Assembly: GCA_040357565.1 (NCBI GenBank)
Contig: JBDODJ010000007.1
Direction: 5' to 3' (one strand)
From: Cercozoa sp. M6MM
Taxonomy: Eukaryota > Protista > Endomyxa: Ascetosporea
Length of the DNA: 64,000 nt
Position numbers and translations under genes: made by a program. This document shows positions 1 through 14,057 of this stretch, piece by piece; the stretch's first letter is position 1, and every line of letters starts with the position of its first letter. The notes under the pieces were generated by a model, which saw nothing but the letters and a program-made list of their open reading frames with translations, was not told the DNA's origin and ran no database searches.

Positions 1-92
<92 letters not shown>
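1..92. repeat. (GT)n microsatellite, intronic
   Basis: Pure GT dinucleotide run directly after the minus-strand donor at 94. Confidence 0.98.
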
Positions 93-94
<2 letters not shown>

Positions 95-3000
95 CACCAT
101 GCAGCGCCACTGCGGCAGTAGCTTGTCGCGGTGCAGCATGCTGACGTGAGTTGGCGGCGGCAGTGTCCATTGCAGGCGCGGCACCGACACGTGTCCAGAG
201 CCCACGTGCCCAGTGGAATCAGAGGACCCAGCGGCAGTGCCCACGTGCCCAGTGCTGAGGTGCAGCACACGTGCGACAGCGAGGGAGAGGTGCCAGTGCG
301 AGGCGGCGCGGCCACTGCCGCAGCCGTGTTCCTCCTCGTCGCCGCCGCAGTCGCCGTCGCCGGCGTCGTCAAAAGCGGCGTCGCCGTGCTCGGCGTACGC
401 CAGGCGCAGCAGGCGCGACAGCAGGCACGACGTGCGCACGCGGTGCTCATGCGACAGGAAGGGCGTCCAGTAGGTCAGTGCCTCCAGGGCGAACTCGCGC
501 TGCAGGTTGCACGCGCCCTCGGCCAGCGGCAGCAGCGTGTCGGCCACACGGGCCACCTGCGCGACGGTGAAGTCGCCGGCGTGCAGCGGCGCCGTCGACT
601 CAAAGGTCAGGTCGCGCACGTGGCACGCCACCTCGTGGTCCACCGGCGACAACGACGACGACGACTCCTCGCTGCCGAACACGTGGACGCGCACGTCGCC
701 GGTGGCGTCGTCATGCGCCACAATGACGCCCTTGTCCTTGTCGTCGCCCACCAGGACGGGTGCGCCATGCGAGGCCACAGGAACCCAGCCGCCCAACACG
801 GCGGCGGCCACCAGACCCTCCTCGTTCTCTGTGTCTTCCTTGTAGTCTCCCGTTTGGTCTTCCTTCTGGTCTTCCTTCGGGTCTTCCTTGTGGTCGCTTG
901 GACTGCGCGATTCGGCAGGACACAGTGCGGCCAGCAGCAGCGACCGCCAGTCTGACGTGTTCAGCATGGCACGCAGCACGGCCACGTACTCGCTCGCAAC
1001 GCTTAGCGACGGCTGCTTTGCCTGGTATCAGGGGGTATCAAGGAGTAACAGGAGGGACTGAGCGGGTCGGCAACATGAGGGTGTAGATGGGCTAGTTGAC
1101 AAAGGTACCGGTGGTGCCGGTTGTGGGGACAGTCCGGCCATCTCGCTGTTGCTGCCGACCTGCGCACGTGCACCAATCAGTCCAAGAAGCAAGTATGGTC
1201 ACCTGCGTAGGTGTCAGTTGGCACGTGGTACCATGCAGTTGACGGTGTGAACCGAGGCCAGTGTCAGAGTCATGCGCGACACAGTCTCGTTCTCCGAGAG
1301 ACGCAGCGCGCGCAGCGCGGCCAGTGCCACCGACGGTGCGGCACACGACAGCAGCAGACACACGCCGTGCTGCTCCACGTCCGCGCGGAGACGCTGTTGC
1401 CACGTGCGTTGCCACCTGTGACCACACACACACACACGCACACAGTGTCATAGCGACCACACACACACATACATCCACAAGCGACCACACAGAGTGACTA
1501 TAGAGACCACACACACACACACACAGCAACACAAAAGGTTCGTTGTTACTTGGGCACAGCAGCGTCGGCTTCCATCGCCTTCACCAGGTCGCCCTCCAGC
1601 GGCAGGTATCCGCGCGGACGGTGCCGAATGTGTGCCGCCGAAAGCACCACCTGTGCCTGCTGGCCTCTGTGTCACATCGTTGGGTAGGGGCAAGGGAGGG
1701 GTCGACAGGCAGAGGGGACAGAGAATGTAGGGTAGGGGTAGAGAGGGTGTAGGGTAGAGAGATACCGAGACACACTGACGCAGGGTGCGAGACCACGCGC
1801 GCGAGCCTCGGTCGCGGCCGTTTCGGACAGCACCACGGGCTCGTCCACAAGGGTGCCGTTGCGGTACCACGACAGACGAACGCCGCCGTCGCCATCGCAC
1901 ATGTCGACGGCGCAGCCGATGCGATCACCCACCTGCATGAGAGTGTAAAGTGCACAGCGACCAGCCCAGTGACCACCTCAGCGACCACACCAGTCATCCC
2001 AGCGATCACTCTGATCGATCATTAGTCCACGTAGTACCTGCCAACGACGCACAGGCGGGCCGCGTCGTAGCTGTGCGCGCTGCTGCAGCAACTGACGGCG
2101 CCCGAAGCGCCGACGGAACAGACCGCTGTTGCGCTCGGCCTCGTCGTGACTCCGACTGCGCAGGAGTTCCAGAGGGTTAGGGTAGGATTAGGGTCAGGGA
2201 TAGGGTAGGGTAGGCATAGGTAGGGTAGGGATACGGGTAGGGTAGGGATACGAGGACAGGGATAAAGGTAGGGTAGGGATAGGGGTAGGGACAGGCGTAG
2301 GACAGGCAAGTTTAGGGATACCTCTGGCCATTGCTGCCGTCGTCGTCGCAACGCGCGTAGGCGCGCGACGAGGAGCCGTGCCACAGGAGGCCGCGGAAGC
2401 CGTCATAGCCCCAGGAGTGCTCGTCGTCGCCGCAGCCGTTGCCGGATTCGTTGGGCGAGAAGCGCCGCGGCAGACAGAAGCCGAGCTGCAGCAGTCCGTC
2501 GCTCTCCAGCAGCACCTCATAGTAGAAGCGTCCGTGTCGTGCCGACACGTTGGCCACTACAGCAAGGTAATTAGGACTGACCGACATCCGCGCGGAGGGA
2601 TTGCTACCAATGGACGGGAAGTTGTTGTGTGCCTGCACACGTGTGCCGTCCTTGGGCAGGCTGTCGCCGGCGCCGATGCCGACGCAGAGGGCATGTCCCG
2701 TGCGCACCTGCAGCTGCACCGTCGCCTCGCTCGGGAAGGCGCGGACCTCTTGGTCGCTGGAGGACTGGCGGGTGCCTTCGTCGGAGGCCTGGAGCGAGCC
2801 TTCATTATTGGAGGCCTCGTTGGAAGCCTCGCTGCTGTCGCGACTGCTGCTGTCGTCTGCCGGCTGGTCCTCCTGTCTGTCGGGCGTGTAGACACGCCAC
2901 TGTTCCACCGGCAGGTCGGTGCCTTTGTACAGGTCATCCTGTCCAAATGTACCGCATAACCGACCATGGACAGAACACAGGACCATGTGAGACACAGAAA

Positions 3001-6000
3001 GGGTACGGCGGAGTCCTCCTCGACTTCTTCTGGCTCCTGCAGTAGGTCACCAAGCGTCTGCACGACGGCAGCCAGCGTCGCCTCGTCCACTGCCGGTGTG
3101 CGGTGCGGCAGCTCCTCGTTGGTGTGCCACACGATGTGGCACTCACCGTCCGAGGCACATGCGTCCATCCTACCAGGTGCAAACGGGAGCGTAAAGGGCA
3201 AGGAGTAATGGCGGGCATATGGATTGGGGGGGGGGTGATGGGGTATACGGGTAGGATTAATGGAAGTTATGAGAACAATTGGGCACCGATGCTGCGGCAC
3301 AACGGCCGTGCCGCTCTCCTCGTCGCTTGCGTCGGCGCGCAGCAGCGCCAGGATCTCGCGCAGACGCGACACCAGGTCCGTCACAAAAGCTTGGCCACCG
3401 GTGTCCTCCAACTGCTCCGGTGTCTGCGCACGATGATTTATCTGTACTACTATACGTATAATTGGAGGAAGCAAGTACCACGGAAGTGACGAGAGCACGC
3501 AGCACACGCAGTGCGGTGGAACGCATGTCGGCACGTGGCACCGACGGTTTCTCCTGCGGTCGGTCACCTCCCTTGGCCTGACTGGTGGCAGTCTGACTGG
3601 TCTGACTGGTGGCAGTCTGACTGGTCTGACTGGTGGCCGGTGTGCCGGTCGGCGTGTGCCACGAGAGTGCCGCCAGGTCACTGGTGAGGTGCAGCAGTTC
3701 CACACGCCGGCGCAGCGGCACTCGGCGCAGATCCTGCAGCAGCAGCAGCGGCAGCAGCGCCGGTCGCAGCGGCACCAGCGGCAGCAGGCGACGCAACACG
3801 GCGTCCGCGCTGCCGGTACGCCCACTGGCCATGCCTTCCAGCGTGAACTTCTTAAGCGTCGTCAGTGTGGCCTCCTCCTGCACACGGGAGGTAAGGCTAG
3901 AAGCATGGGCAGGCCGTAACAAACACAGAAGGTACAGTGGCACGCGAGAACTCCTCGGTGCGCTGTTTGACGCGCGGCGGTAGTTGTCGCACCCTCTGTG
4001 GCTACACATACGCACAGTCCAAACGGACTCACAAAGACATTTGTACAGACGGTGTACCCGTACAGACGGCCGCACAGGTTGCTCAACGTCGACACCCGAC
4101 ATGTCCTTGACATCGGCTTCCTTCGACACGGCACTAAGCGGCGTGTCGTCGTCGTTGCCGTAGTTCAGCAGCTCCTGCATTTCAGACAGGGTGCATACAG
4201 AATGTACAGGGGGGGTAAGCTGCAAAGGGACCAAAGCTACCACGCCGTCGGTATCGGCGTACACGGCGATGCGACGCAACTCGGCACCATCGCTGTCCAC
4301 CTCGACATCAGGAGCGCCCAGTGCCACCGACAGAGCGCGCATCAGCGCCTGAACCACCTTGACTGCACACAAACACCCGCGCGGATACCCAGAGACATGC
4401 AGTAAAGATTAACAGACACACCGTCCTTAACGCGGAAGAGCACGAGCGACTGCACCAGGCGCAGGCGCAGCACCGGCAGCGACGGGCAGGCACGCCGCAG
4501 TAGACCGCACAGAGTGCGCAACAGGAGACGTTGCGTCACACGCACACTCCGTGCCTGCCAACAAGGTTGTTGAACACAGCAGTAGAGTGGGAGGCAGTAG
4601 CCAGTGGCTGGGACAATACCAGACAACCGTCACCGGCAGGCTGCCAAGCCCAGGCGGCCTGTCGCTCAGGAGTCAGCGCGTCAAGCAGCACAAACACCGT
4701 GCTGCCACAGCGCGCGCGACGCAGACACTGCCGCAGCGTGTCCAGCGAGCGCTGTTGCTCGCGCAGCATCTGCGTTGTGCAGAGGGTAGCAGGGCAGGTA
4801 GGATGGGGGAGGTAAAAAGTAACGGGTAAAGAGGCAGAGATACGGCCGCTCGGTCGCGCGCGCGGCGCAGGATCTGATCGGCCGTCTTGCCCGAAGTGAC
4901 GAGCGACATCAGCGAGGTCACACCGTCAGTGTCACCGTCGGTATCAGTGCCACTGTTGTGGTGTTGATCCTCGCTGTCGCCCTGCTCGCTGGCGTCATCG
5001 TCACTGGCCTCTGCAACCTCTGCACGGGACACATCGGGTCAGGCGGTGTGCGGTGTGTGTGTGTGTGTGTGTGTGTGTGTGACATGTGTGTATGGTACCG
5101 TTGCGACGGTGCGAGTGCCGGTGTCCACCGTGCTGATGCCAGCGTCGCATCTGCGCCATCCACGTGCGCAGGTCGTCCACGTCGGCGTCGTCCTGCGTGC
5201 GCTGTCGCTGCAGGCCGCCGCTGCGTGCGCCAGTCTCGGGCGTCGACAGGGCGCGTGTCAGCCTCGGTGCCTCTTCGTCGCTGTCGTCTTCATCTAAAGT
5301 ACCAGACATGGGATATAGTGTGCAGAGACAAGACATGGCGGGGAGATGGCATGGCATGGCAAGTAGGCGGTATGTCGAGTGTACCATTGAAGGAGAAGGC
5401 AGCGGCACGCGGCAGGTCGGAGGAGATGCGTGCCTCGTGCGCTGGCCGGAAGAGCAGCAGCGCCTCGGCCAGCGAGGATACGTGCCTCGCGGCCTCCAGG
5501 TAGGCGCTATCCTCCTGCTGTTCCGTCTGCTGCTGCTGCTCGCGCTGTCGCTGCACCAGGTGCTGCTGCAGCGAGAGCAGCGTGTGCGGCACGTCGTCCG
5601 CGCGGAAGGGCACGCCGCACAGGAGACAGACGCGGCGCAGCTGCGCCAGGTGGCGCGCGTCGTCGCCCAGCAATTGCGCGCGCAGCTCATCCACCGAGGG
5701 CACAGCGTCGGCGCGCAGCCACTCCTGCACCGAGCGCTGCAGCTGCACGCGCCGCATCATGAAGCCCTGCGTCTGCTTGGCCGCACGGGCAGCACGCAGC
5801 GCCTGCTGCTTCCACGCTGGATCACTGCACATGCCATGTGTGTGTGTGTATGTGTGTGTGTGTGTGTATGTGTGTGTGTGTGCATGTGTGTGTGCGTGTA
5901 TGTGTGTGTGTGTGTGTCGTATACTCCTGGGCTAGAGCGAGTGCCGTATACCTGGAGGGCACGATGCCCAGTAGCCACACAGAGGCGGCGAACACCTTGA

Positions 6001-8979
6001 GCGTCGCCGTCTGCCAGGCCTCTTGCTCGTGCGCCGGGCGGCGTCGCAGCATCATGCTGATCGGTCCCTCGGGTGCCTCGGCATAGGCAGCGTGCAGCAG
6101 GCCGCGCCGCTCCTGCAGCAGTTCGCGCAGCAGTTCGCGCAGACTGCGCAGTCGACTGTCCACGTTGGTCGACGTGCCTTCCAGTCGGTTCAGCACGTGC
6201 TCGGCACGCACCTCGTCACTCAGCAGTCTGTCATCATCCACAGTGGTCACAGTGGTCACAGTGGTCACTCATGTGGTCAGTGTTTGATGACAAGCTACCC
6301 GCGTCGCAGGAAGTGCCGCTCACGGTCGGACAGCTGGTGCACGCGCAGCAGCGAGGCGACGGTGTGCGCCACCGAGAGCTGTGCGTTGAGTGCCGAGTGC
6401 ACGTGCCAGTGGAACACGCCCGAGACGGTGCACTTGAAGCCCCAGCGACTGAGCAAGCCAGGAGCGATCAACTGGCACGTGTGCCAAAGCAGGGGAGGGG
6501 ATGGAAGAGGGGGACAAGCTACTGAGGTTCCTCATCGCGTGCACGCGAGCGAGCGTTAAAGACGAACTGCACCGAGTCACCTCGCACGGCGAGCGTGCGC
6601 GGGAAGTCGTGTCCGCCGCCAATATGCATCAGCACGGCCGAGTCGCCGTCGGGCCCGCTGGGACCGCCGTTGATGGCGAGGACGTCCTCGTGCGACTGCA
6701 GCTGCGACTGCGCGTCGAAGTGGATCAACAGCGCACGTGCGCCAGGCACGCGAATGCGCCGGTTAAGGGCTGGCGTGCCGCCTGTGTATGGCTACACAAC
6801 AGACCGCGGTACATAGGCAGGTATAACTGTACACTCGGTCAGGAGAAAAGGGTACATGCGGTGTCTCCACGACGGCGCACTTGCGCGACTCGCGCATGAC
6901 GGCGCGCAGCTGTCGTCGGTCGGACTTGCGTAGCGTGGGGTCGCGCAGGTCGCCCATCTCGCCGGCCAGGCGGCGCAGTAGTGCGGCACACGCCCGCAGC
7001 ACACTGGTCTCGATGTCGCCACGTGCCTCACTGGTGGTGGTGGCGTCCGAGTCGACCGTGGTATCGCCACCATCAGCAGTATCACGAGTGGTATCACCAG
7101 TGGTACCACGAGTGGTATCACCGGTGCAAGGCACGTCACGTGGCACGGTGTCACGCGGCAGTGCTGCAACGGCGGCCATCAGCACCGGCACCGCTCGCAA
7201 CGCAGCCGTGTGCTGCGCTAGTATCGTGTCCGACGGCAGTGCGCACAGGCGTCGCACCAGTCGAGTCATGTCGGCGGAACTGCGCGCCTGCAGCGCCAGA
7301 CGCGACAGCAGCTGCGCCACTGGTTCCGAATCGGCACTCTGCGGTGCCTGTAGCACCGACGTCAACGTACCCTGCGGAACACGCACCAAGAGGTTAATAA
7401 CAATGGGTGTGGTGTTGGGTGCAGGGTAGGGTGTATGAGTATAGGGCTATATGTCTATAGAGATATGGGATAAATGACGAGGGAGAAGACGTTACCGAAC
7501 GCGACACAAAGAGCGACCAGAGTTGTTCGGACGACAGTGTCTCCAGCAGGTACGGCAGGTGCGGCAGCTGCACCGTCTTTGCGGCTGGCAGCAGCGACTG
7601 CAACTGCGGCAAATGAATGGCCATGCGCCTTAGCAGCGCCATGTCCTATCACACGGGTAAGGAGGTCGGGTAGGATAGGTAGGACAGAGTAGTAGAGGTA
7701 GAAGGTAGGATAGGAGATCGGATAGGTGGCTACCAAGTTGGCAAGGCCGTCATCTCGCTGCAGCAGGATCAGCACGTGCAGTTCCAGCAAGCACGATACG
7801 TACCTGTGTCAAGACAACAGTCTCTTGCACAAGAGAGAAAGAGCAGAGGTGAAGAATACCGTCGCACGGCAGGCGAGGCCACACCGCTGTCCAGCAGGGC
7901 CACGGCGGAAGCCAGTGTCGTCTCGGTCAAGTGCAGTGCCAACGGGTAGGCACCGGTACCTGGCGCTAGCGGCGACACCTGCAGCTTCTCCGCCTGCTCG
8001 ACCCAGCGACGCCGGCGGTTGATGGCACGTCGCAGACCTCGTCGCTTCTGTCGGTCCTGCACAAGCCGCACGCACGTACAACCACTGAGTGGCCATGACA
8101 TCAACAGTCGGGGATGTAGCTTACCTCAATGTATCCAAGACGCTGCACCATGCGTTGCAGCGACTGCTGCAGCACGCCGAACGCATCCTCCACGTGCTCG
8201 ATGTCCTCGAGACACAGACGAGTCTGCAGCGACTGCGCCAACACGCGTGCCAGAGCCGCTGCCGAGTCGTCGTTGGTCTCGGTTTCGGCTTCCACCTCCT
8301 GACCCACCAGGTGCAGGGTCTCCACTCGGCATGCCACAAACTCCGCACCTACCGATTAAAGGTAGTGCTAGTGACAGTGGCAAGAGAACCAAGTCGTACC
8401 CATGTTGAGCCAGAGCGTGTCGCCCTCGCGTGCGCAGCACGAGGCACCACGACTCCACCAGCCCTCGGTACAGCGCACTTGCTCCTTGGCATTGGCATCG
8501 CCCGCGCGGTCAGGCAGCACGAGTTCCTCGTAGTTGGTTTCGCCCAGTGTGACGGCCCAAGTCGTGCCTGTCGCAAGAGACATATCGATAGGGTATACAC
8601 ACACAGAGAGATCGTTAGGAACGGATGACACACCATCAAAATGAGCCAGACGGACTGGAGTCACCGGGCGCGACAGCGAGCCCAAGGAGCGGCGCGACAC
8701 CAGCGGAGCGTAGCCGTACTGCTGCTCATCCGGCAGCGCGTCGTGCGCCGCCAGCACGCGCGACATGCCGGGCCGCTCACCCGGGATTCCTGTACCACCA
8801 AGGTGGTATTATCAGGGTTGAGTACCTATTAGTCAAGGTGGCTACAAGTGTACCGGACAGATCGACGTGGATACTCTGATCGAGTCCCTGTCCGAAAGGA
8901 GCCACACGGTGCTGCTGCGCCGCCAGCGACGAGTTGCCGTAGGTGCCGTCCTGTCGCTCCCTGAGTGAAATGTCAGTCG

Positions 8980-9013
<34 letters not shown>

Positions 9014-9146
9014 ACAGGGCACTGATACAAGGCAGGATGGGTCAGGGCGTCCACTGCGAGAGCGACGTCGCTGTGCGCATCCATGGCCACCTCAAGGCAG
9101 GTCGCGAAGCAGTGCAGTCCACCCTGTCCATTTGCACGCACGTGCC

Positions 9147-9227
<81 letters not shown>

Positions 9228-11004
9228 TCACACACACGGTATCGACGCACCGTCAGTTGCTGCACGGTGAGGGCCACGTGCGCCAGTTGCGTGGCCGACT
9301 GCTTGCTGCGCACCGACGCTTCCTGGGCAATAGTGTCAGCACTGACTAAGAGCGGTCAGAAGATAACCAAAAGGAAAAAGTACAACAACGCCCTCGATGT
9401 AGTCGTGCATGCGAAGCAAGCGTTTCTCCCGTCGACGCACGAGTCGCTCGGGGTCGAACTCGTATACGACGACGTGGTGATCGAACTCGGTCTGACTGGT
9501 GTCATTGTGCAGCACAACTTCGTCGGCCTCGCCTTCGATGCAGCTGCGGGGCAGGGATGGAAGCAATGGGTCACATGAGAAAACCCACTATAACGGCAGG
9601 TCGTACACGAGGTAGAGACGGCCGCCGTGCGAAGTCAGCGTGCCACCAAGAGCAAGAGGCGCGCGATTGACGGAGAAGACGCCGAGTTGCACACTCGGCA
9701 GCTGCTGCAGCGTCGCTGCATCCAGCACAAGCAGACGGTCCATGCGGCTGCACAAGCACACCATAGTCACAGTCACACCGTCAGTCACTCCGTCAGTCAG
9801 ATGATCCAAAATTACAACGTGCAGTACCGTGTCAGACTCAGGTAGAGCTTGCCGCGGCAGTAGGTGACATTGTGAGGCACCATCGGCAGTCGTAGTCGAT
9901 CGTAAACGTGACCGGCTTGTGTGCCCTCGGTGCCGGTGCCGATCTTGAGTAGCCACGACTGCGAGCATGCGCAGTAGAGGTAGCCCTCGGCCACGGCAAA
10001 GTCGCGGACCTAGATAAACTCGATATACACATTGCGTGTGACGTACACACGGTGACAGGCAGGAGGGCCATGCAGGAGGATACCGAGAGGGTGCCGAGCA
10101 GCGCAGTGTCTGTGGGAAAGCTGCCATCGATATCGCCGTGCTGCAGCGCGGGTACATGCACCACGCGCGGGTGCAGTACGTGTCGCAACGGCACGTGCGT
10201 CAGCGGCTGCTCTCGCGAAAGTGCACGTGCCAAGTCGAACGCCGCTGACGGCATCGACACTGTCTGGTGCAGCAGCAACTGGTGTAGAACAGTTGGCGCC
10301 AGTTTGACGTCCTGGGTGACGGCCAGCAGCGCCAGCAGCTGCTGCAGAGTCGTGCTGACACTGTCACTGGTAGTGTCATTCAGTGCAGCCACCAGCTCCT
10401 GCAGCACCGCGTCGATCACATCGCTGTGCGCGCACGTCTTGGCCTTGTCCAGCGACGCGTCACCCTGCTGCAGTTGGACACACAGAGCGCGCAACTGCTC
10501 CTTGGAGGGAGGCGTCATCTTTGAGAGCTGCTCCACCAGGTAGGCCTCGTGCTCGCCTGTACAATATATACCACATCAGACCCCACACATACACACATGC
10601 TTACATCTAGTAGAAGTACCAGAGCCATCATGTGCCTCATCAATAACAGTTTCTGCAATCGGCTCCGTCTCCTTCAGGAGAGCGATGCGTGCCTCCTGCA
10701 CTCGAGCGAGCTGCGAGGAGCGAGCATCGTACCGCCACGCTCTAGCAAGTCAGACAGGCACACCCTTCACACACAGGCAGACACAGGGAGGTGACAAGCG
10801 GTACTTTTCGGTTAGTCGCGATGTGAGCGTGCGGAGTCGCGACTCCTGCAGTGGCTGGGCGCACAGCACGTCAAGCTCGTCGTCCTGCACCTCGCGCGCC
10901 GGCTCGCCAGCACGCACGGGCGGGCTCACCTGCGCCTCCAGCAATGCATCATTCGGCGAAGTCGCGCCCAGCGCCTGCGCGGCCTGAAGCGCCAGGTCGC
11001 GCAT
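1..11004 (-). CDS. Giant multi-exon SPRY-domain protein, HECTD4/MYCBP2-like probable E3 ligase (5' part; continues beyond the left edge)
   Basis: Begins cag|ATG MRDLALQAAQ at 11004. Motif EGYLYCACSQSWLLKIGTGTEGTQAGHVY (~9840-10000) resembles the MYCBP2/HECTD4 N-terminal module. A CUB-like segment VPGARALLIHFD...GDSVQFVF...WGFKCTV lies at ~6420-6770. The SPRY domain (GRFYYEVLLESDGLLQLGF...GCGDDEHSWGYDG...WQVGDRIGCAVD...SWYRNG) spans ~2630-1850 and splices in frame across GT-AG introns. The last donor at 94 opens into the (CA)n intron. No HECT or RING domain is visible inside the window. Confidence 0.7.
2173..2320. repeat. Degenerate (TAGGG)n telomere-like repeat, intronic
   Basis: gggttagggtaggattagggtcagggatagggtagggtagg... 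fills an intron that interrupts the SPRY domain. Confidence 0.85.
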
Positions 11005-11308
11005 CTGCAGCACGAACAGAAACACACGTAGAAACCGTTTGGTCGAAATGAATATCGCTGGAGAACAAGATACAGCAATTTTCCAAGAACGACGTCAAAA
11101 CCACGTTTTCCTGGCCAAATCTGTGCACTGACAGATGTATCACTTGCACCAGAGCTCACGTGGTGATGTGTAGGTCTAATCGAGCAGGGTCGAAAGCCAG
11201 CAGTATCAAGCGCCCCTTTAACGCATCAAGTCAAACAACTTTGCGCCAACAGAGCCGCTGTGAAGATTCAAGTCACACGAACAGTGTGGTATCTGTACTT
11301 GAAGAACA

Positions 11309-12799
11309 ATGAGCGAGGAGTTACGCTTTCTCGAGGTGCATGTTTTGCCTCGCTGTGCATTTGTTGAGAGTGCTCGTTGTTTCACTCATTTTTTAGGACC
11401 TGTCGCGACACGTGCAAGAAGACGCAGGTCTCGAAGAGATCGCCACCTTGCTGGAGAAGGTGCCATAAACACTGACACTGCGTTATCGAAATGTAACATT
11501 GAATTAAATGTCTGCTTGTAGTACAATGCACTGCGGAACGGCGCGCTCTTTTTTGACCTGTGTCAGAGGTAGAATGAGGCACTATGTATACATGCACTAC
11601 GATATAATGGCTTGGCGCAGAATAGTAGAGGAAGGTGACGATGCCGTTCTCTTGCAGCAGCTGCAGAAACTCTGTGTGCAGGTACCCCCCCCCCACGTGC
11701 AAGTATCCCGACGCGTCTGACCCTTGCAGGTGAGAGACACCGGCACGCTGCTGACGGGTCGTTCTACGACGAGCGGTGACGTAATGCTACGATTCGTGCT
11801 GCAGTTTGCGCCGTTGTTGTTGCTGCTGTCGTTGCATCGTACTCCTCTCTCTCCATTGCATCTCACCGTGCTTGTGACCTTTCCCATTTGGAACAGGAGG
11901 TGTGGCCGGACAGGCACGTGTGACATCGCAGACCACATTGCGTGCACTGGCGGTACCTCTCTGCTTCTTTTGTCTGTCTGGCTGTTACAGCGCAAGTTTA
12001 GGGAGCGGCCGCCGTAGCACAGGTAGCTCTTCACTTGCGTACCTTGGTGCCAAGAAGCATGATGAAAAGTAGGAAGCTCAACTCGCTGATGTCGAGGCTC
12101 GTGCACACGACATTGATGGTGCTGCTGTCTTTGTTGTATTCTTCTTTTGCGTAAATGTGTTCGTGTGTGTGTGTGTGTCATAGAGCTGCGTGCCGAGGTT
12201 ACCAGTGGCGCCAGTGTGCGTACCAAGCGACTGCTGTACCCATTGCCTCCTGCGACTGTGTAGCACGGTTTCTACGAATGCTGTACAGTGCCACCGATGA
12301 ACTGTTTCCTGTCGTCCAGGACCCGAAGGTGCATGGTCTGTGCTCTCAAATTACCTTGGCTTATGATGCTCCTGCAGGCCCCCTTGCGATCGTCTTCATT
12401 CCATGTCCGTCCCGCACGGGACAACTTGTACGCCGTTCTCACTCTGTTCTTACCTCGTGCTACCCTCTCTTGTTGTATTCACAGGGTGCCTCCATCGGCG
12501 CTCGAGGAGGCCGCCGAGCAGCTGCGCTCGCCAGCCACGCGGCATGCCGACGAGCGCGACCGCATGGTGTCCTCTTGGACGCGTCTGCGTCTGTCCAAAC
12601 ACCTGCACAACAGCGTACCCTCCCCATGCCTTGGCCGACTCGACTAGTTTCTTCGATGCCTGTGCTCAAACTGCAGGAGGCAGAGCTGCGACTATGCGCC
12701 GGTGTGACACTTCGCTTGTGCACACTGTTCGCGCGTGCACTGCCGCCACATGCTGCTACCTTGCTGGCCGGTATCTTTGTTTCTGCGTGCATACATATA

Positions 12800-12830
<31 letters not shown>

Positions 12831-13947
12831 GTGTTTATGGGCGTGTGTAGTGTCGATTGGCGCACTGGCGGCAGGGTCGTCTCGGAGGCCGCTGTTGAAG
12901 GAGGTACCTTATCGTATGTTAAATGTTGCGTACGATATTACATGCCTATGACTTGGCAGCCGGATGAAGAACACCCGGTGGGTGATCGCGGTCACTTCGC
13001 GCCGTGCTTTCTGTCGATCACCGACGTTACTCTTGAGTTCGACACTGGCGACTCTGTATCTTTTCTTTAACATCAACTGCATAGGAGAATGCTATCTATG
13101 ACTGAGCTGTGACAGGGCACACCTTCCTCCTCAACTTCAAGTCAGATGCCGCGTGTGCTGGGCAGTGGGTACACTCGCCTTACTACCTTCAGCATGTGGT
13201 TATAGATCCCTCTGCTTGCAGACCAGCGTGGGTGCACATGAGTTCGCAGGAACGCCGATGCGTCGTCCTGCTGCACGAGATGCACCAAGGCAAGGAAGGC
13301 CGCGGTGTGTTCTGTTGTATTGTGCCTTGTCATTGAAGGCTTCACCTCTTTTGTTGCACGAACAAAGTCGCCACGGGTGAGTACTTGCTCGCGGATGAGT
13401 TTCTGCTGCACTGCATGCCACGCGCGCTCATGCAGACACTGTACCTCTACCCTTTTTACGATATGCTTTCAAACTCTAATTCTATCTGCATTCACATAGT
13501 GCCAGGAAGGAAAGTCGTGAGGTGTCGCTGCATGCACTGGCCGCGCTGCACGAGCGAGCACTCGCCGATTCGCATGCGGCCTTGCAATTGGAAACGCAGG
13601 TACTGATTCGCCAAATAGCCGAGCAGTTCTGGTATGTTGCTGCTTGGTTGTAAGCTGCGCAGGCACTCATGGATTACCTGGCGTCCGACGACGCGAGGGA
13701 ACTGCTTTCGCTTTGATCGCCTTCGGTGCTCAACAAGTTTGTACTGTTCAAGTACCGTACAAGACAGAAGTTGTACTATCAAGACGTACAACGCAAGCAA
13801 TTGGTAGCTGCCCTGCCAGTGTCGCTCCGACATGACGTCGACTCGACTGTAGCGTCGGCGCCGGCAGATGCGCATCGACCTCATGATCGACCTCATATCA
13901 CGCTGAGTAGATCCATCAGACGCGGATCGGCTCAAACCAATCAGTAA
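11309..13947 (+). CDS. Hypothetical multi-exon protein (weak CH-like N-terminal and PH-like internal motifs)
   Basis: The first exons splice in frame: MSEELRFLE|DLSRHVQEDAGLEEIATLLEK|YNALRNGALFFDLCQR|IVEEGDDAVLLQQLQKLCVQ. Internal exons were only partly resolved; the stop is assumed at 13947. Confidence 0.5.
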
Positions 13948-14057
13948 ATTTCACTCTAGCTGAACACTAGTTCGCCGTTCGTGCCGTGCACGGGACAAAC
14001 TCGCCAGAGCGTGCTACAATAGTCGAGTCGGCCACTGGAAAATGCGCGGCAAGGCGC

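Noticed and set aside
131-955. Long plus-strand ORFs (also 2378-2959, 5164-6000, 14217-14828)
   Set aside because: They are antisense shadows of GC-rich minus-strand exons with no recognisable motifs.
9149-9237. Intron made purely of (GT)n(GA)n, with splice sites supplied by the repeats
   Set aside because: The reading frame is better kept by the conventional flanking sites ACG|gtgcgt...ggacag|GGT.
11700-11850. Hyccin/FAM126 similarity (LRFVLQFAP)
   Set aside because: Only one short motif matches and the downstream hyccin motifs were not found.
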